Source: Cyanobacteria bacterium P01_A01_bin.123
GTDB lineage: Bacteria > Cyanobacteriota > Cyanobacteriia > Phormidesmidales > Phormidesmidaceae
Assembly (NCBI GenBank): GCA_039815185.1
Contig: JBCBZT010000005.1
Coordinates: 1 to 64,000, forward strand
Direction of reading: 5' to 3'
DNA length: 64,000 nucleotides
Part shown: positions 30,284 to 40,270 of the stretch, piece by piece
Layout of the letters: the number at the start of each line of letters is the position of its first letter
Position numbering within the stretch: position 1 is the first letter of the stretch
Program-made: the position numbers and the translations under genes
The notes under the pieces: model-generated
The model's input: only the letters and a program-made list of their open reading frames with translations
Told to the model about the DNA's origin: nothing
The model's database searches: none

Positions 30284-30913
30284 TTAGCTTAAAGCAGAAT
30301 CTAAAATCACCCTGCCCTGCCTGATGAGTTGCCAACTTTGCCGCGGCGCTATCCATTGAATCACGGTCGAGGGTACGCCAGAAGCTTTTTGCCCAGAGGT
30401 TTTAGCTGCGTCGGTGAGTGCAGTTAAGGCCGCTGGCGAAAGCGTCAGTAAGTCGGGGAACTGCTGTTCAATGGCGGCCTGGGTCAACAGGGCGGGTTGG
30501 CCGGAGCGATTAACGCTAGTCGTGGCCAATGCACCAGTCTGGCTAAGCAGGGCCAAGGCAACGGGATGGTCGGGAATCCGAACGCCTACGGTGCCAGTTT
30601 GCAGCGGATTGATGGCTACCGGAACGCGATCGCTGGCGGGTAATACCAGCGTCAATGCGCCTGGCCAGTGTTGACGGGCCAGGGTTTGCCACTGATCGAT
30701 TTCAGTGGGTGTTCCCGTGATATAAGGCAACAGGTCTAACCAGGCAGCGGCTAGCAAAATCAAGGGTTTGGTGGTGGGGCGCTGTTTGAAGGCAAAAATA
30801 CGATCGCCCTGGTGCGGCTCAGCCGCCAAGGCAGGCACGGTGTCGGTGGGAAAGCTGGCCAGTTTTCCAACTTTGACATCGTTAACCCATTGGGACATTG
30901 AAACCTGGGGCAT
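30284..30913 (-). CDS. tsaC: L-threonylcarbamoyladenylate synthase (YrdC/Sua5 family)
   Basis: FPTDTV, KQRP..KPL, WPGALTLVL, ATTSVNRSG. Confidence 0.88.
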   Translation of the reverse strand: MPQVSMSQWVNDVKVGKLASFPTDTVPALAAEPHQGDRIFAFKQRPTTKPLILLAAAWLDLLPYITGTPTEIDQWQTLARQHWPGALTLVLPASDRVPVAINPLQTGTVGVRIPDHPVALALLSQTGALATTSVNRSGQPALLTQAAIEQQFPDLLTLSPAALTALTDAAKTSGQKASGVPSTVIQWIAPRQSWQLIRQGRVILDSALS

Positions 30914-30972
30914 GACTTATAGTCTCCTCTAAAGGGCTGTATCCCTTCCAAACTCTGCTGTAAAGTGGCTAT

Positions 30973-31734
30973 ATGTATGACAAAGACGAGCCAACAACCC
31001 TAGACGTCAATTTTGACCTGGAGAGCCCCCTCGACAAATTGGGGCCGCCAGGGGAAACGTCAGATGGGCCTCACTATGACCCGGATGTCATGCTAGCGCT
31101 ATTAGAGTCTGCTGAAACCCAACAGCGAATGTTAGGGGCGCGGGCTTTTTGTGACTTGCAAGACCCACGGGCGATTCCCCATTTAATTGGGCTGCTGCAA
31201 GACCCCTGCCCTTTGGTACGGGTCAGTGCGGCCTATGCCTTGGGGCGAAATCCCAGCCCAGATGCGGTGCTTTGTTTAATTGAACAGCTCCATCGTGACT
31301 GGAATGGCTATGCTCGCAAAGGAATTGTGTGGGCGTTGGGTAACTGTCGCGATCGGCGGGCGATCGAACCCCTAGTGGATACCCTACGCACGGATATCCC
31401 GGCAGTGCGCCTGTGGGCCGCCAGCGGTCTGGCTCAAATGGCAAATGTAGGGTATGAGGCAGTTGTAGTCGCGATCGCGCCCTTAATCGAGGCCATGCGT
31501 CGGGATACGATGGCGGCAGTCCGGAGCAATTGCGCCTGGGCGCTGGGTCGCCTATGTCGGGAACTGCCCTCGAATGTAGTTTATGCAACCGCTATTGATG
31601 CCCTGATTGAAACCTTTGCCGAAGACAGCGATCTGGGTGTACGAGAAGATGCCCGCGCCGCGATTCTAAAAGTAGGGGATACGCGGGGACTCCAGATGAT
31701 TGAAGAAATTGAACAGGACGGCTTTTTTATCTAG
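30973..31734 (+). CDS. HEAT/PBS-lyase repeat protein
   Basis: Repeated VR..AA.ALG units. Confidence 0.9.
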   Translation: MYDKDEPTTLDVNFDLESPLDKLGPPGETSDGPHYDPDVMLALLESAETQQRMLGARAFCDLQDPRAIPHLIGLLQDPCPLVRVSAAYALGRNPSPDAVLCLIEQLHRDWNGYARKGIVWALGNCRDRRAIEPLVDTLRTDIPAVRLWAASGLAQMANVGYEAVVVAIAPLIEAMRRDTMAAVRSNCAWALGRLCRELPSNVVYATAIDALIETFAEDSDLGVREDARAAILKVGDTRGLQMIEEIEQDGFFI

Positions 31735-31859
31735 AGGCTGTCATCAATTAGATTGTCCATTGCTTTTAGAACGGAGGTTATAGCCCCTCGCTCGTTTAGT
31801 TGGGTCGGGCGTGGCAAGGCTCAGCCATAAAGCTTTTCACGTTTAATGGATGATACGCC

Positions 31860-32234
31860 CTAGGCCGTCTTGCCATCAATACTCAGACTGCCAGAACCGA
31901 CGATCGCGATCATCAGCAATCCACCCATGAGGCCCAGATTTTTCATCAACTGCACCTGGTTCATCGGGTCACTAAAATCAGTGTGGAAAACTAAAGTGGC
32001 GGGGATCAAGAAGCCAATCAGCAACCAAGCCCCAATGCGAGCCTTATAGCCCAGCAAGACCGATAAGCTACCCGCAACCAGCACAATAATCGTCGGGAGA
32101 AGCAGAACACTAGGAACGCCATTGGATTCCATAAACTGTTGAGTCCCAGCCGAGTTGAGGATTTTGTTCAACGCCGATTGGATAAAAACAGCGGTGAGTA
32201 AAATCCTAGCCGCTAAAATGCCAACCATCTCCAT
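31860..32234 (-). CDS. DoxX family membrane protein
   Basis: ARILL..VFI.S..NKI, FHT, MKNLGLMGGLL. Confidence 0.9.
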   Translation of the reverse strand: MEMVGILAARILLTAVFIQSALNKILNSAGTQQFMESNGVPSVLLLPTIIVLVAGSLSVLLGYKARIGAWLLIGFLIPATLVFHTDFSDPMNQVQLMKNLGLMGGLLMIAIVGSGSLSIDGKTA

Positions 32235-32380
32235 CGCTAACCCTCCTGGGAATCAATACCCACTACCATCGATCCGTCTTGATTATGGCAAAGGTTGCCC
32301 GCCAACTGCAGTCGTTACCCATTGGTGGAGCGTGATTGCCAGTTTTTCCATCCCCAATCCTGCAATTAAGCTGACCTAAG

Positions 32381-33724
32381 ATGACACAGCTCGCTTCGAA
32401 GTCAAACAAGCTGCTACCCGAATTTACCCGTCTAGCGATCGCCAACATTATTTCTAACCTGATGGTGCCCCTGGCAGGCATCGTGGATACGGCGTTTCTG
32501 GGTCACTTAGCCGATATTCACCACTTGGCTGGGGTCGCCTTGGCGACGGTGATTTTTAACGTGATTTACTGGAGCTTTGGCTTTTTGCGTATGGGTACGA
32601 CGGGGATGGCGGCTCAGGCCATCGGTCGCAATGACGAGACTGAGCTATGGTTGATTGCCCTGCGCAATAGTCTGATTGGCCTTGGGTTTGGCTTGTTGTT
32701 GTTGCTTGTTCAATGGCCGATCCGGGAGTTGGGATTTACCCTGCTGAGCGCACCTGCTGCAGTTCAGCAGGCGGGGCGGGCTTTTTTTGATGGCCGGATT
32801 TGGGGAGCGCCAGCAGTGCTGATCAACTATGTGCTGCTGGGATGGTTTTTGGGCCGGGCTTTGGGCACCCGCGTGATTGTGCTGTCAGTGATCGGCAATG
32901 GCGCAAACGTCGTGCTGGACTACCTGTTTATTGTGAAATGGGGTTGGGCCGCGACGGGTTCAGGCGCAGCCACAGCAGCCAGTCAATATTTGATGCTGAT
33001 TGTGGGATTAACCTGGGTTGGCTATGAACTGATTCGCCGTCGATTGTTGTCTCAATTGCGATCGCTGCTGCCGCGTCTTGGCGATCTGGCTGCCCTGAAA
33101 GCCCTCTTTCAGCTCAACCGGGATATTTTGATTCGCACCTTCGCCCTTGTCATCAGCTTTGGGGTCTTCATCCAACTCAGCGCCAGCTTGGGGACACAGA
33201 TTTTGGCCGCTAATACTTTGCTACTTCAGGTGTTTACCCTAGCTGCCTACTTCATTGACGGTATCGCCTTCGCCACCGAAAGTTTTGCTGGGGAAGCCCA
33301 CGGCAGAGACGATCGCGTCCAGTTGCGCTATCTGCTTAAACTTGCAGGCATCACAAGCATCGTGCTGGGCATTGCCTTCGCGCTAGTATTCGTGCTGTTC
33401 CCGCGATCGCTACTGGGTCTGATGACCGATCACCAATCTGTCCTCGATCAGTCCAGTCAGTATGTCCTGTGGCTCCTACCCGTGTTAGGATTCGGCGGCT
33501 TAGCCTTTATGTTAGACGGCTACTTTTTGGGGTTGACTGCCGGTCATGCCCTGCGCAATTCAACCGTGTTTGCCGCTGTTGTGGGATTTTTACCCACCGC
33601 GATCGCCGCTTGGCACTGGCAACAGGCTCATCTCCTATGGTTGGCCCTGACATTGTTTATGATCTTTCGGGCAGGGAGTTTGGGGGTGCTAGTGAGGGAG
33701 GTGCTTGGGGAAGTGAGAAGATGA
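32381..33724 (+). CDS. MATE (DinF-like) efflux transporter
   Basis: PLAGIVDTAFLGH, FLRMGTTG..AQ, about 12 TM segments. Confidence 0.93.
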   Translation: MTQLASKSNKLLPEFTRLAIANIISNLMVPLAGIVDTAFLGHLADIHHLAGVALATVIFNVIYWSFGFLRMGTTGMAAQAIGRNDETELWLIALRNSLIGLGFGLLLLLVQWPIRELGFTLLSAPAAVQQAGRAFFDGRIWGAPAVLINYVLLGWFLGRALGTRVIVLSVIGNGANVVLDYLFIVKWGWAATGSGAATAASQYLMLIVGLTWVGYELIRRRLLSQLRSLLPRLGDLAALKALFQLNRDILIRTFALVISFGVFIQLSASLGTQILAANTLLLQVFTLAAYFIDGIAFATESFAGEAHGRDDRVQLRYLLKLAGITSIVLGIAFALVFVLFPRSLLGLMTDHQSVLDQSSQYVLWLLPVLGFGGLAFMLDGYFLGLTAGHALRNSTVFAAVVGFLPTAIAAWHWQQAHLLWLALTLFMIFRAGSLGVLVREVLGEVRR

Positions 33725-33834
33725 GGCGCAAGGGAGATGGGGAGATGGACTATCTTGTGCCTGACAACTTCTATTTCCTGACTCCTGGCTCCTCCGTCAA
33801 ATTAACTGAGAAGATAAGTAAACAAGGATTTCAC

Positions 33835-33859
33835 AATCCAAAATCTAAAATTCAAAATT
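33835..33859. repeat. Short heptamer tandem repeat (AATCCAA-like STRR)
   Basis: AATCCAA AATCTAA AATTCAA AATT. Confidence 0.55.
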
Positions 33860-33866
33860 GGGATCA

Positions 33867-35537
33867 ATGCCCCGAAATTGGCTGTCTATATTCAAATTTC
33901 GCCCCAAGTTTAAGCCCGTATCACCGGGTTGGACATCAGCGGTTTTAGCCGTTGTGGCGTTAGTGTCCTTACCAGTACTGGTGGTGTTTAGCAGTGTATT
34001 TTCTGATTCGGGGGAGATTTGGCAACATTTAGCAGAAACCGTACTGCCCACCTATCTGCTCAATTCTTTGTGGTTAATGCTGGGCGTCAGTGTCGGGGTA
34101 TTGGGGATTGGGGTCGGCACGGCTTGGTTAGTTACCCTGTGCCGGTTTCCAGGGAGCCGCATTTTTGAGTGGGCGCTGCTGTTGCCCCTGGCAGCCCCGG
34201 CCTATTTGCTGGCTTACAGCTATGCCGATGTGTTGGACTATTTTGGTTGGGTGCAAACGGCGCTGCGCGCGGTGGCCGGATGGGAACGGGCTACGGATTA
34301 CTGGTTTCCCAATGTGCGATCGCTTTGGGGCGCGATCGCCATGTTTAGCTTCACCCTGTATCCCTACGTCTATATGCTGACCCGAGTGGCCTTTATGGAG
34401 CAGTCTACTGCCACCCTAGAGGCCAGTCGCTCCCTGGGATGTGGCCCCTGGCGCAGTTTTTCTACCGTAGCGTTGCCGTTGGCGCGTCCGGCAATTATGG
34501 CCGGCTTGTCCCTGGCGCTGATGGAAACGCTCAACGATTTTGGCACGGTGCAATATTTTGGGGTGGAGACCTTTACTACAGGCATCTATCGCACCTGGTT
34601 TAGTTTAGGTGAGCGGATCGCAGCTGCCCAGTTGGCCGCAGTATTGATGCTGTTTGTTTTAGGTTTGATTTTGCTAGAGCGCTGGTCACGGCGACAGGCT
34701 CGCTACTATCAAACCAGCGGAAGGATCCAGCATTCCGCGCAGTATCAGTTGGGATTGGGCCACTCGTTGCTGGCAATATTGGCCTGCTTTATCCCGATTG
34801 CGTTGGGTCTACTGGTGCCGGGGGGCTTTTTGCTCAACATGACCCTGCGTCACCTGGATGACACCCTCGATAGAAACTTTTGGCCGTTGGTTCAACACAG
34901 CATTATCTTGGCGACGATTGCAGCGGCGATCGCGGCGGTGATTTCTTTGGTTTTGGCCTATGGAGTGCGATTGCAAAATGGGCCGCTGATGCGGTTTGGG
35001 GTACGGATAGCCTCGATGGGGTATGCCGTTCCAGGGTCGGTGATTGCTGTGGGGATTTTGATTCCGGTAACGCGAGTTGACAACGCGATCGCAACCTGGG
35101 CAGAACAAACCTTGGGTATCTCAGTTGGATTATTGCTCAGCGGTACCATCGTCGCCCTTATCTTTGCTTATTTGGTCAGATTCTTGGCTGTTGCTCTGGG
35201 TGCAGTAGAATCTGGACTCGCCAAAATTCGTCCCAGTTTAGACGACGCGGCCCGCAGTTTGGGTTATGGCCCCACCGATACCCTAAGAGCGGTACATGTC
35301 CCATTGATGGGCAGCAGCTTACTGACTGCCATCATGCTGGTGTTTGTAGACGTGATGAAAGAATTGCCTGCCACGATGGTGATGCGTCCGTTTAATTTCG
35401 ATACTTTAGCGGTGCAAGTACATCAATACGCCTCCGATGAACGCCTAATTGAAGCATCGGCCCCAGCATTAATGATCGTGCTAGTTGGACTAGTCCCGGT
35501 CGTCTTTTTAAGTTGGCAAATTAGGCGATCGCGATAA
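33867..35537 (+). CDS. futB: Fe(III) ABC transporter permease
   Basis: Two EAA-type repeats (LEASRSLG, LDDAARSLG), YPYVY, KELPAT..RPFNFDTLA. Confidence 0.9.
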   Translation: MPRNWLSIFKFRPKFKPVSPGWTSAVLAVVALVSLPVLVVFSSVFSDSGEIWQHLAETVLPTYLLNSLWLMLGVSVGVLGIGVGTAWLVTLCRFPGSRIFEWALLLPLAAPAYLLAYSYADVLDYFGWVQTALRAVAGWERATDYWFPNVRSLWGAIAMFSFTLYPYVYMLTRVAFMEQSTATLEASRSLGCGPWRSFSTVALPLARPAIMAGLSLALMETLNDFGTVQYFGVETFTTGIYRTWFSLGERIAAAQLAAVLMLFVLGLILLERWSRRQARYYQTSGRIQHSAQYQLGLGHSLLAILACFIPIALGLLVPGGFLLNMTLRHLDDTLDRNFWPLVQHSIILATIAAAIAAVISLVLAYGVRLQNGPLMRFGVRIASMGYAVPGSVIAVGILIPVTRVDNAIATWAEQTLGISVGLLLSGTIVALIFAYLVRFLAVALGAVESGLAKIRPSLDDAARSLGYGPTDTLRAVHVPLMGSSLLTAIMLVFVDVMKELPATMVMRPFNFDTLAVQVHQYASDERLIEASAPALMIVLVGLVPVVFLSWQIRRSR

Positions 35538-35621
35538 GCAGGCCAGAGCAATAGGCGGCAAATAATCTTGATCTAGACAATGGGTAAGGTTCAGCTGTAA
35601 CTACCCAAAATAGAGAGCGTG

Positions 35622-36266
35622 TTAAGAAGACTGGCGATAACGTTGCACCAGGCCAGTTACGATGGCTAACCCAAAGACACCCAACAGCGCGAATCCTAGC
35701 ATTAGCCTGCCACCCTCCAACAACCCTGCCCCTAGGGCCACAATCGGTGGGTTAGACACGGCAATGCTGATGACCAGAGCGGGGGCAAATTTGAACCAAG
35801 GGGCTTTTGTTAGACCCACACCGTAGGACACAAAATCAAAGAAGCCCGTCATCAAAAATCCCGTCATCAAAAAGAAGTTGCGTTCCAGATGACGCTGGCT
35901 CAAGGTATCAATCCGGTGCATAAAGGCTTTCCCTACCAGCCGCTGCACCAAACTGCGACCGTACCGTCGCGAAAGCCAAAAGCTCAAAGAACAAGACATC
36001 AGATCCGCCACGCAGATCACGGCCAGCCCTTGACCGAAGCCTAATAGCGCCCCAGACAAGACAGAATAGGCGGTACCGGGTAAGGCCGGAATCACAACGC
36101 TGGTAAACCGCAGCAGAAAAATAGCGAAGGGAGCCCACAAACCCAGCTGATCGACCTGGGCTCTAAGTTGGGCAACGCCATAACGATTGATTAGCCAAAT
36201 TGCCAATATCAGCAGCAGCGTAATTGTTAGCAATCGTAAGACTTTTATAATGCGACGCTGATTCAT
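35622..36266 (-). CDS. TVP38/TMEM64 (DedA/VTT domain) membrane protein
   Basis: PALPGT...LSGALLG, FDFVSYGVGL. Confidence 0.88.
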   Translation of the reverse strand: MNQRRIIKVLRLLTITLLLILAIWLINRYGVAQLRAQVDQLGLWAPFAIFLLRFTSVVIPALPGTAYSVLSGALLGFGQGLAVICVADLMSCSLSFWLSRRYGRSLVQRLVGKAFMHRIDTLSQRHLERNFFLMTGFLMTGFFDFVSYGVGLTKAPWFKFAPALVISIAVSNPPIVALGAGLLEGGRLMLGFALLGVFGLAIVTGLVQRYRQSS

Positions 36267-36535
36267 CTGAATCCTTTCGGCATGTGTAAATATTTCTAAC
36301 GGTTAGTCAGAAGCTATTGGCAAGAATTTAGTTTTGGAGATTGTGGCATTTTTATAGCAGCTAATGTGTAGCAGCTCAGGATAGTCATCTTTCAATTCAA
36401 AACAGTCAAAATAGTTGCAATCAGCTTCTAGTTTTAAGATTTGACCTGAATTAGCTTGCTCAGAGGCGTAGCAGTATTGTTTAGGAGATGACCCAATCAA
36501 GAGAAGTTATGGGTCATTGCTAAAGGAGATTGATT

Positions 36536-36778
36536 ATGGCTCAAGCAACGGTTCAACGAGTTCCTCCCCTCGCAACAATTCCTCGGGAGGCTGACTGCAC
36601 TGCTTGTCTGACGCGTAACTGCCCCATGGCAGGCACTGTAGATTATCCTGTACAACTCTGCAATAGCTATCGTCAGGCAAATTGCTATTTTTGCAATCAG
36701 TCAAATTGTGCCTTAAATGGCTTCCTAGACTCCCCAGTTATGGTGTGTGATCAATTTGTTCCCCTGGCCATGGCCTAG
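36536..36778 (+). CDS. Small Cys-rich protein with two CxxCxxxxC-x12-C repeats, 80 aa
   Basis: AAGGAG RBS 7 nt before ATG 36536; two similar four-Cys units; followed by a terminator. Confidence 0.8.
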   Translation: MAQATVQRVPPLATIPREADCTACLTRNCPMAGTVDYPVQLCNSYRQANCYFCNQSNCALNGFLDSPVMVCDQFVPLAMA

Positions 36779-36815
36779 ACCTAGAGAGAGGCCATAGGTA
36801 AGTAATCTATCGTGG

Positions 36816-36838
36816 AAGCCCGCATAAAGCGGGCTTTT
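36816..36838 (+). terminator. Intrinsic terminator
   Basis: AAGCCCGC-ATAAA-GCGGGCTTTT. Confidence 0.75.
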
Positions 36839-37044
36839 GATTTTTAAAGGAAGTCAGGGCTAACTGATCTCGTTTTGACCTAATCTCAGTAGCGTTCGCA
36901 CTTTGATATTGCTGGCACCATGATAAAACATTCACTCGAAATCCTTCTATTAAAAAATAATGATTGATTACAGCATTTCTTTAAGCAAGGAACAGGTTTC
37001 TTTTACGGGCGAAATACTTTGAATAGTTATCTCTATGCCATCCA

Positions 37045-37060
37045 TTGATAATAAATATTG
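37045..37060. promoter_or_regulatory. Possible Fur box upstream of the feo locus
   Basis: TTGATAATAAATATTG: one good TGATAAT half-site and a weak second half, in an AT-rich region. Confidence 0.35.
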
Positions 37061-37301
37061 CTGAGAAAACAATCTAAATTTTGGATTAAGGGCTGCCCAG
37101 AGTCGGGAAAATCGCGCTATTGAAATAGTGTGGCTTGATGAGAATCGATCTTGTTAAAACTCCTGCGTCAAGGTCTGGAAAGACCCTATTTTACAATTGA
37201 GAAATCGACTGTTCTATAGGAATCCTGGCTTATCCTAATCAAGCGAGAGGGATTCCCATCGCCCCACTATCGCTATTGATACTATTCTTCGGGAGGCGCA
37301 A

Positions 37302-37990
37302 ATGGAGCCTACCAATGACGGTAGCCTCGATGTTCAGTCTCAGAGCATGACCTTTATCGGCGGCACTGCCGATTTAGATGATCCGCTGATTTTCCAGCCA
37401 GATCTTGCCACTCCCCCTGCGCCTAGTCGGGGTAACTTGCCGTTGGCGATGACATCTGTCGGCGATCGCGTTTGGGTTGTTCGGATCAAAGCAAAACATG
37501 CATTGGTTCGCCGCCTTACCGATGTGGGGAAGCCTTCGCCACCATCCCGGCTAACTTAGCCGAACTCCCGGGTACTCTTTTAGATCCCCTCGGACTCTCT
37601 GTTGGGGATGTCAGTGATGTAGAAACTGCCGCCGAAGAACAGAAGGTTGCCTTTACCACCTTTGGTCAGATGGCCCTCCGCTTCGATGGTCGCGTCGCTG
37701 CCTTTGCCTATTTGTTATTTGTCCTGATGTACTTCCCCTGCGTTGCCGCCATGGGTGCTGTCTACCGAGAAACCAATGCGGGTTGGACCGCCTTCGTTGG
37801 CCTCTGGACGACTGGCCTCGCCTACTGGAGCGCAGTCTTGTATTACCAGGTGATGACTTTTCAGCAACACCCGATTAGCTCAACAGCCTGGGTAATCGGG
37901 CTAGCCCTCGTCTTGATTGCAACCTTTGCAATCATGCGCTATTCACGCCCCGCTCGCCGCAGACGAACGGTGTTGTTAGAGGGGCATTGA
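37302..37990 (+). pseudogene. feoB: feoA-feoB deletion remnant (FeoA N-terminal part joined out of frame to FeoB C-terminal part)
   Basis: FeoA-like PLAMTSVGDRVWVV...RRLTDVG breaks near 37527; a different frame then gives the FeoB C-terminus (AFAYLLFVLMYFPCVAAMGAVYRE); no GTPase domain. Confidence 0.88.
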
Positions 37991-38079
37991 ACAAGTCTGG
38001 GGGTGAAGCAATCGGGATCTAGTGGTTCTTATTTCTTTGCCCCATTAGCTGTGCCTTATCCCCATATCCCATTTCCAAA

Positions 38080-38328
38080 ATGCTTCGCGATCTCCAAGCC
38101 TACATCGCAACCCATGGCACCGTGTCCATGCAGGATCTCTCCCTGAGGTTCCATACCGATAGCCATACCCTCAAACCTATGCTGCAACGCTTGAATCGCA
38201 AAGGCCGCATCCGCCAAGTGCCGATGCCTGAGAAATGTGATGGCTGTACCTGCTGCGATTTACGCAGTTTGGAATGTTACGAGTGGCTCGATGCGGAATG
38301 TGACCAGTCAGCTTCAAAGCCGATTTAG
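38080..38328 (+). CDS. feoC: FeoC-like winged-helix protein
   Basis: L.DLQ.YI...G.VS..DLS.RF.....L..ML..L.RKGRI followed by CDGCTCC; located after feoB. Confidence 0.85.
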   Translation: MLRDLQAYIATHGTVSMQDLSLRFHTDSHTLKPMLQRLNRKGRIRQVPMPEKCDGCTCCDLRSLECYEWLDAECDQSASKPI

Positions 38329-38804
38329 GACACATCTTGAAACTCATCTTTCGTATACCCATACAAAATCGTAGTTAGCTTACTGGCTACCAAATCTATG
38401 TTTGGATCCGCTTTGAGCGCTTTACTAACCGCATTGACATCGGCACTTTCAAAGCACAAAGCAGTCACTAAGTCTTTTGAAAAATCATCAGTATAGCCCC
38501 TTTCAAATATGTCAAACGCAATTGAAAGTGCAGCTGTAAAAATGTGACTGGATGAAACAGGCACTTCCTGATCTTCAAGGTTTTCGTTGCGCAGAATAAA
38601 AACCGATGGAAACTCTTCAACACCCATCTTCCTCAACAAGGCCCAGCCAAATGCTATGGGAATCAGGTCAAATGCAATATTTGCCTCAAGTTGATTGAGC
38701 CCTTCTCTCACTAACAAATCAACCGTGCTAACTCGATCCATATCATTATGGAAGGCACTATGGGATATAAACCGTACCCGATCTAAAGCTTCTTTGTGAT
38801 TCAT
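38325..38804 (-). CDS. Hypothetical protein (AT-rich segment)
   Basis: 159-aa ORF co-oriented with the upstream nuclease gene. Confidence 0.7.
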   Translation of the reverse strand: MNHKEALDRVRFISHSAFHNDMDRVSTVDLLVREGLNQLEANIAFDLIPIAFGWALLRKMGVEEFPSVFILRNENLEDQEVPVSSSHIFTAALSIAFDIFERGYTDDFSKDLVTALCFESADVNAVSKALKADPNIDLVASKLTTILYGYTKDEFQDVS

Positions 38805-38944
38805 AATTGAGCTACCTAATGCTTCATTACAATAGCGGTAGATAACCTCCGGCTTTTGATCGATTAAATGACTATTCTCTGTTGCAGTGAGGTTGGATCT
38901 GTTCTTGACGAGTAAAACTAGACCTCAATGCGAGCAAAAATATA

Positions 38945-40198
38945 CTACACTTCTGTCTCTTCCTGTTCTAACTCCTCTAGCTCGAATTTCTGAGCTTGCC
39001 ACACATGTTTTGAAGCAGCCAATAAGATTTTTAACTCATATTGATGTTTTGAAACATAAGCAAAGATTGGCCGCATCTCTTTTTTTATAGATGTTAATGT
39101 AGAGGTCAAACGACGTTTATTTCCTAGATATCTATCTGTTTTACTGAAGTGATAATGATAGACATCACGTGCAGTTAAATCCAACAAGTTGAAAATCTGA
39201 TCGATATTAGCTCCATAAGGCACGATAATCTTTTCAAATAACGGCCTTTTATTTCTTCTGCTTTGAACGGTAATTGAGAGGGTAGGAAGTAACTCTACAA
39301 AGAGCGGTGTCTTAGGATGACTCGTATGCGTCAGAGAGATACTTTTACCATCTGCATTAGTCATCTCCCAAGTTCCGGACTTGCCTTCACCCAGGCGTAT
39401 GAGTTCTCCATGCAAACAGCTTGCAGCAGCATATACTAATACTTCTCGTAACCTTTCGATCAATGGTCCAGTAGAAGGCTTGCCAAAAGTTTTTATCCAT
39501 TCTAAGAGACACCGCAACCGCGTAATTTCCTTATGTTCAGATTGACAATAGAGTGTATTGACAATATCTAAGATATGTTTAGTCCAAGATAGTCTTGTCC
39601 AATAACTATAAGTTTTTTTTGAGGCATCACCATAGTAGATAGGAGCTATTCCATAGACAGTTAAATAGACATACTCTCGAATCTTTACTCGTTTAAATCC
39701 CTTTTCGATAAGCTCATAATACTCTTCAAGTTGTTTAGGATGATTGGATGTAAAAAGCTTGTTTTCAATTGCTAAGAATATACTGTCTTCAGCGTCAAGA
39801 TCAAGGAGGACTATATCACAATATCGCGGTCCCTTTATCGCTCGTCTTCTGATCGGCTTTGCAAGATAAAATTCTCTAATGATGGCAGTATTTTTCAGGC
39901 TTAGCTGTGTTGCAGAAACTCCCTTGCCACCTTTTCCCCACTTTAAGAATGAGCTTTTATGAGTGTATTCTAATTCACCTTCTGTACGAACCTGTGCGAT
40001 GGTTTTTAGTAATTGACTTGAAAATGACACGCCGAGCTTATGTGAACCCTTGGGATTCAGGAGCCAAGAAAGTATATTAGAAAACCAGGCTTCATTGAAG
40101 CATTGCATAAATATGAGATCTTTATCGTTAAGTAATAACGGGTTTTCTGAGAGAAGATCATCAATTTCTCGAAGAATAGTTTGTGCTTTGCCTAACAT
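38945..40198 (-). CDS. PD-(D/E)XK nuclease superfamily protein (PDDEXK_4-like)
   Basis: E..FSNILSWLLNPKGSH.LG, IIRE, CDIV, AIENK.......QL..Y. Confidence 0.85.
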   Translation of the reverse strand: MLGKAQTILREIDDLLSENPLLLNDKDLIFMQCFNEAWFSNILSWLLNPKGSHKLGVSFSSQLLKTIAQVRTEGELEYTHKSSFLKWGKGGKGVSATQLSLKNTAIIREFYLAKPIRRRAIKGPRYCDIVLLDLDAEDSIFLAIENKLFTSNHPKQLEEYYELIEKGFKRVKIREYVYLTVYGIAPIYYGDASKKTYSYWTRLSWTKHILDIVNTLYCQSEHKEITRLRCLLEWIKTFGKPSTGPLIERLREVLVYAAASCLHGELIRLGEGKSGTWEMTNADGKSISLTHTSHPKTPLFVELLPTLSITVQSRRNKRPLFEKIIVPYGANIDQIFNLLDLTARDVYHYHFSKTDRYLGNKRRLTSTLTSIKKEMRPIFAYVSKHQYELKILLAASKHVWQAQKFELEELEQEETEV

Positions 40199-40270
40199 GA
40201 TTTTCTGTTTTTGTTGGGTTAAACCTAACTCTTAAGTAATGAAAGGCTTGCATAATTTAGGGTTTGACTA

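Noticed and set aside
33469..33948. 159-aa ORF spanning the MATE-futB junction
   Set aside because: Out-of-frame overlap with two well-supported genes, and it runs through short tandem repeats
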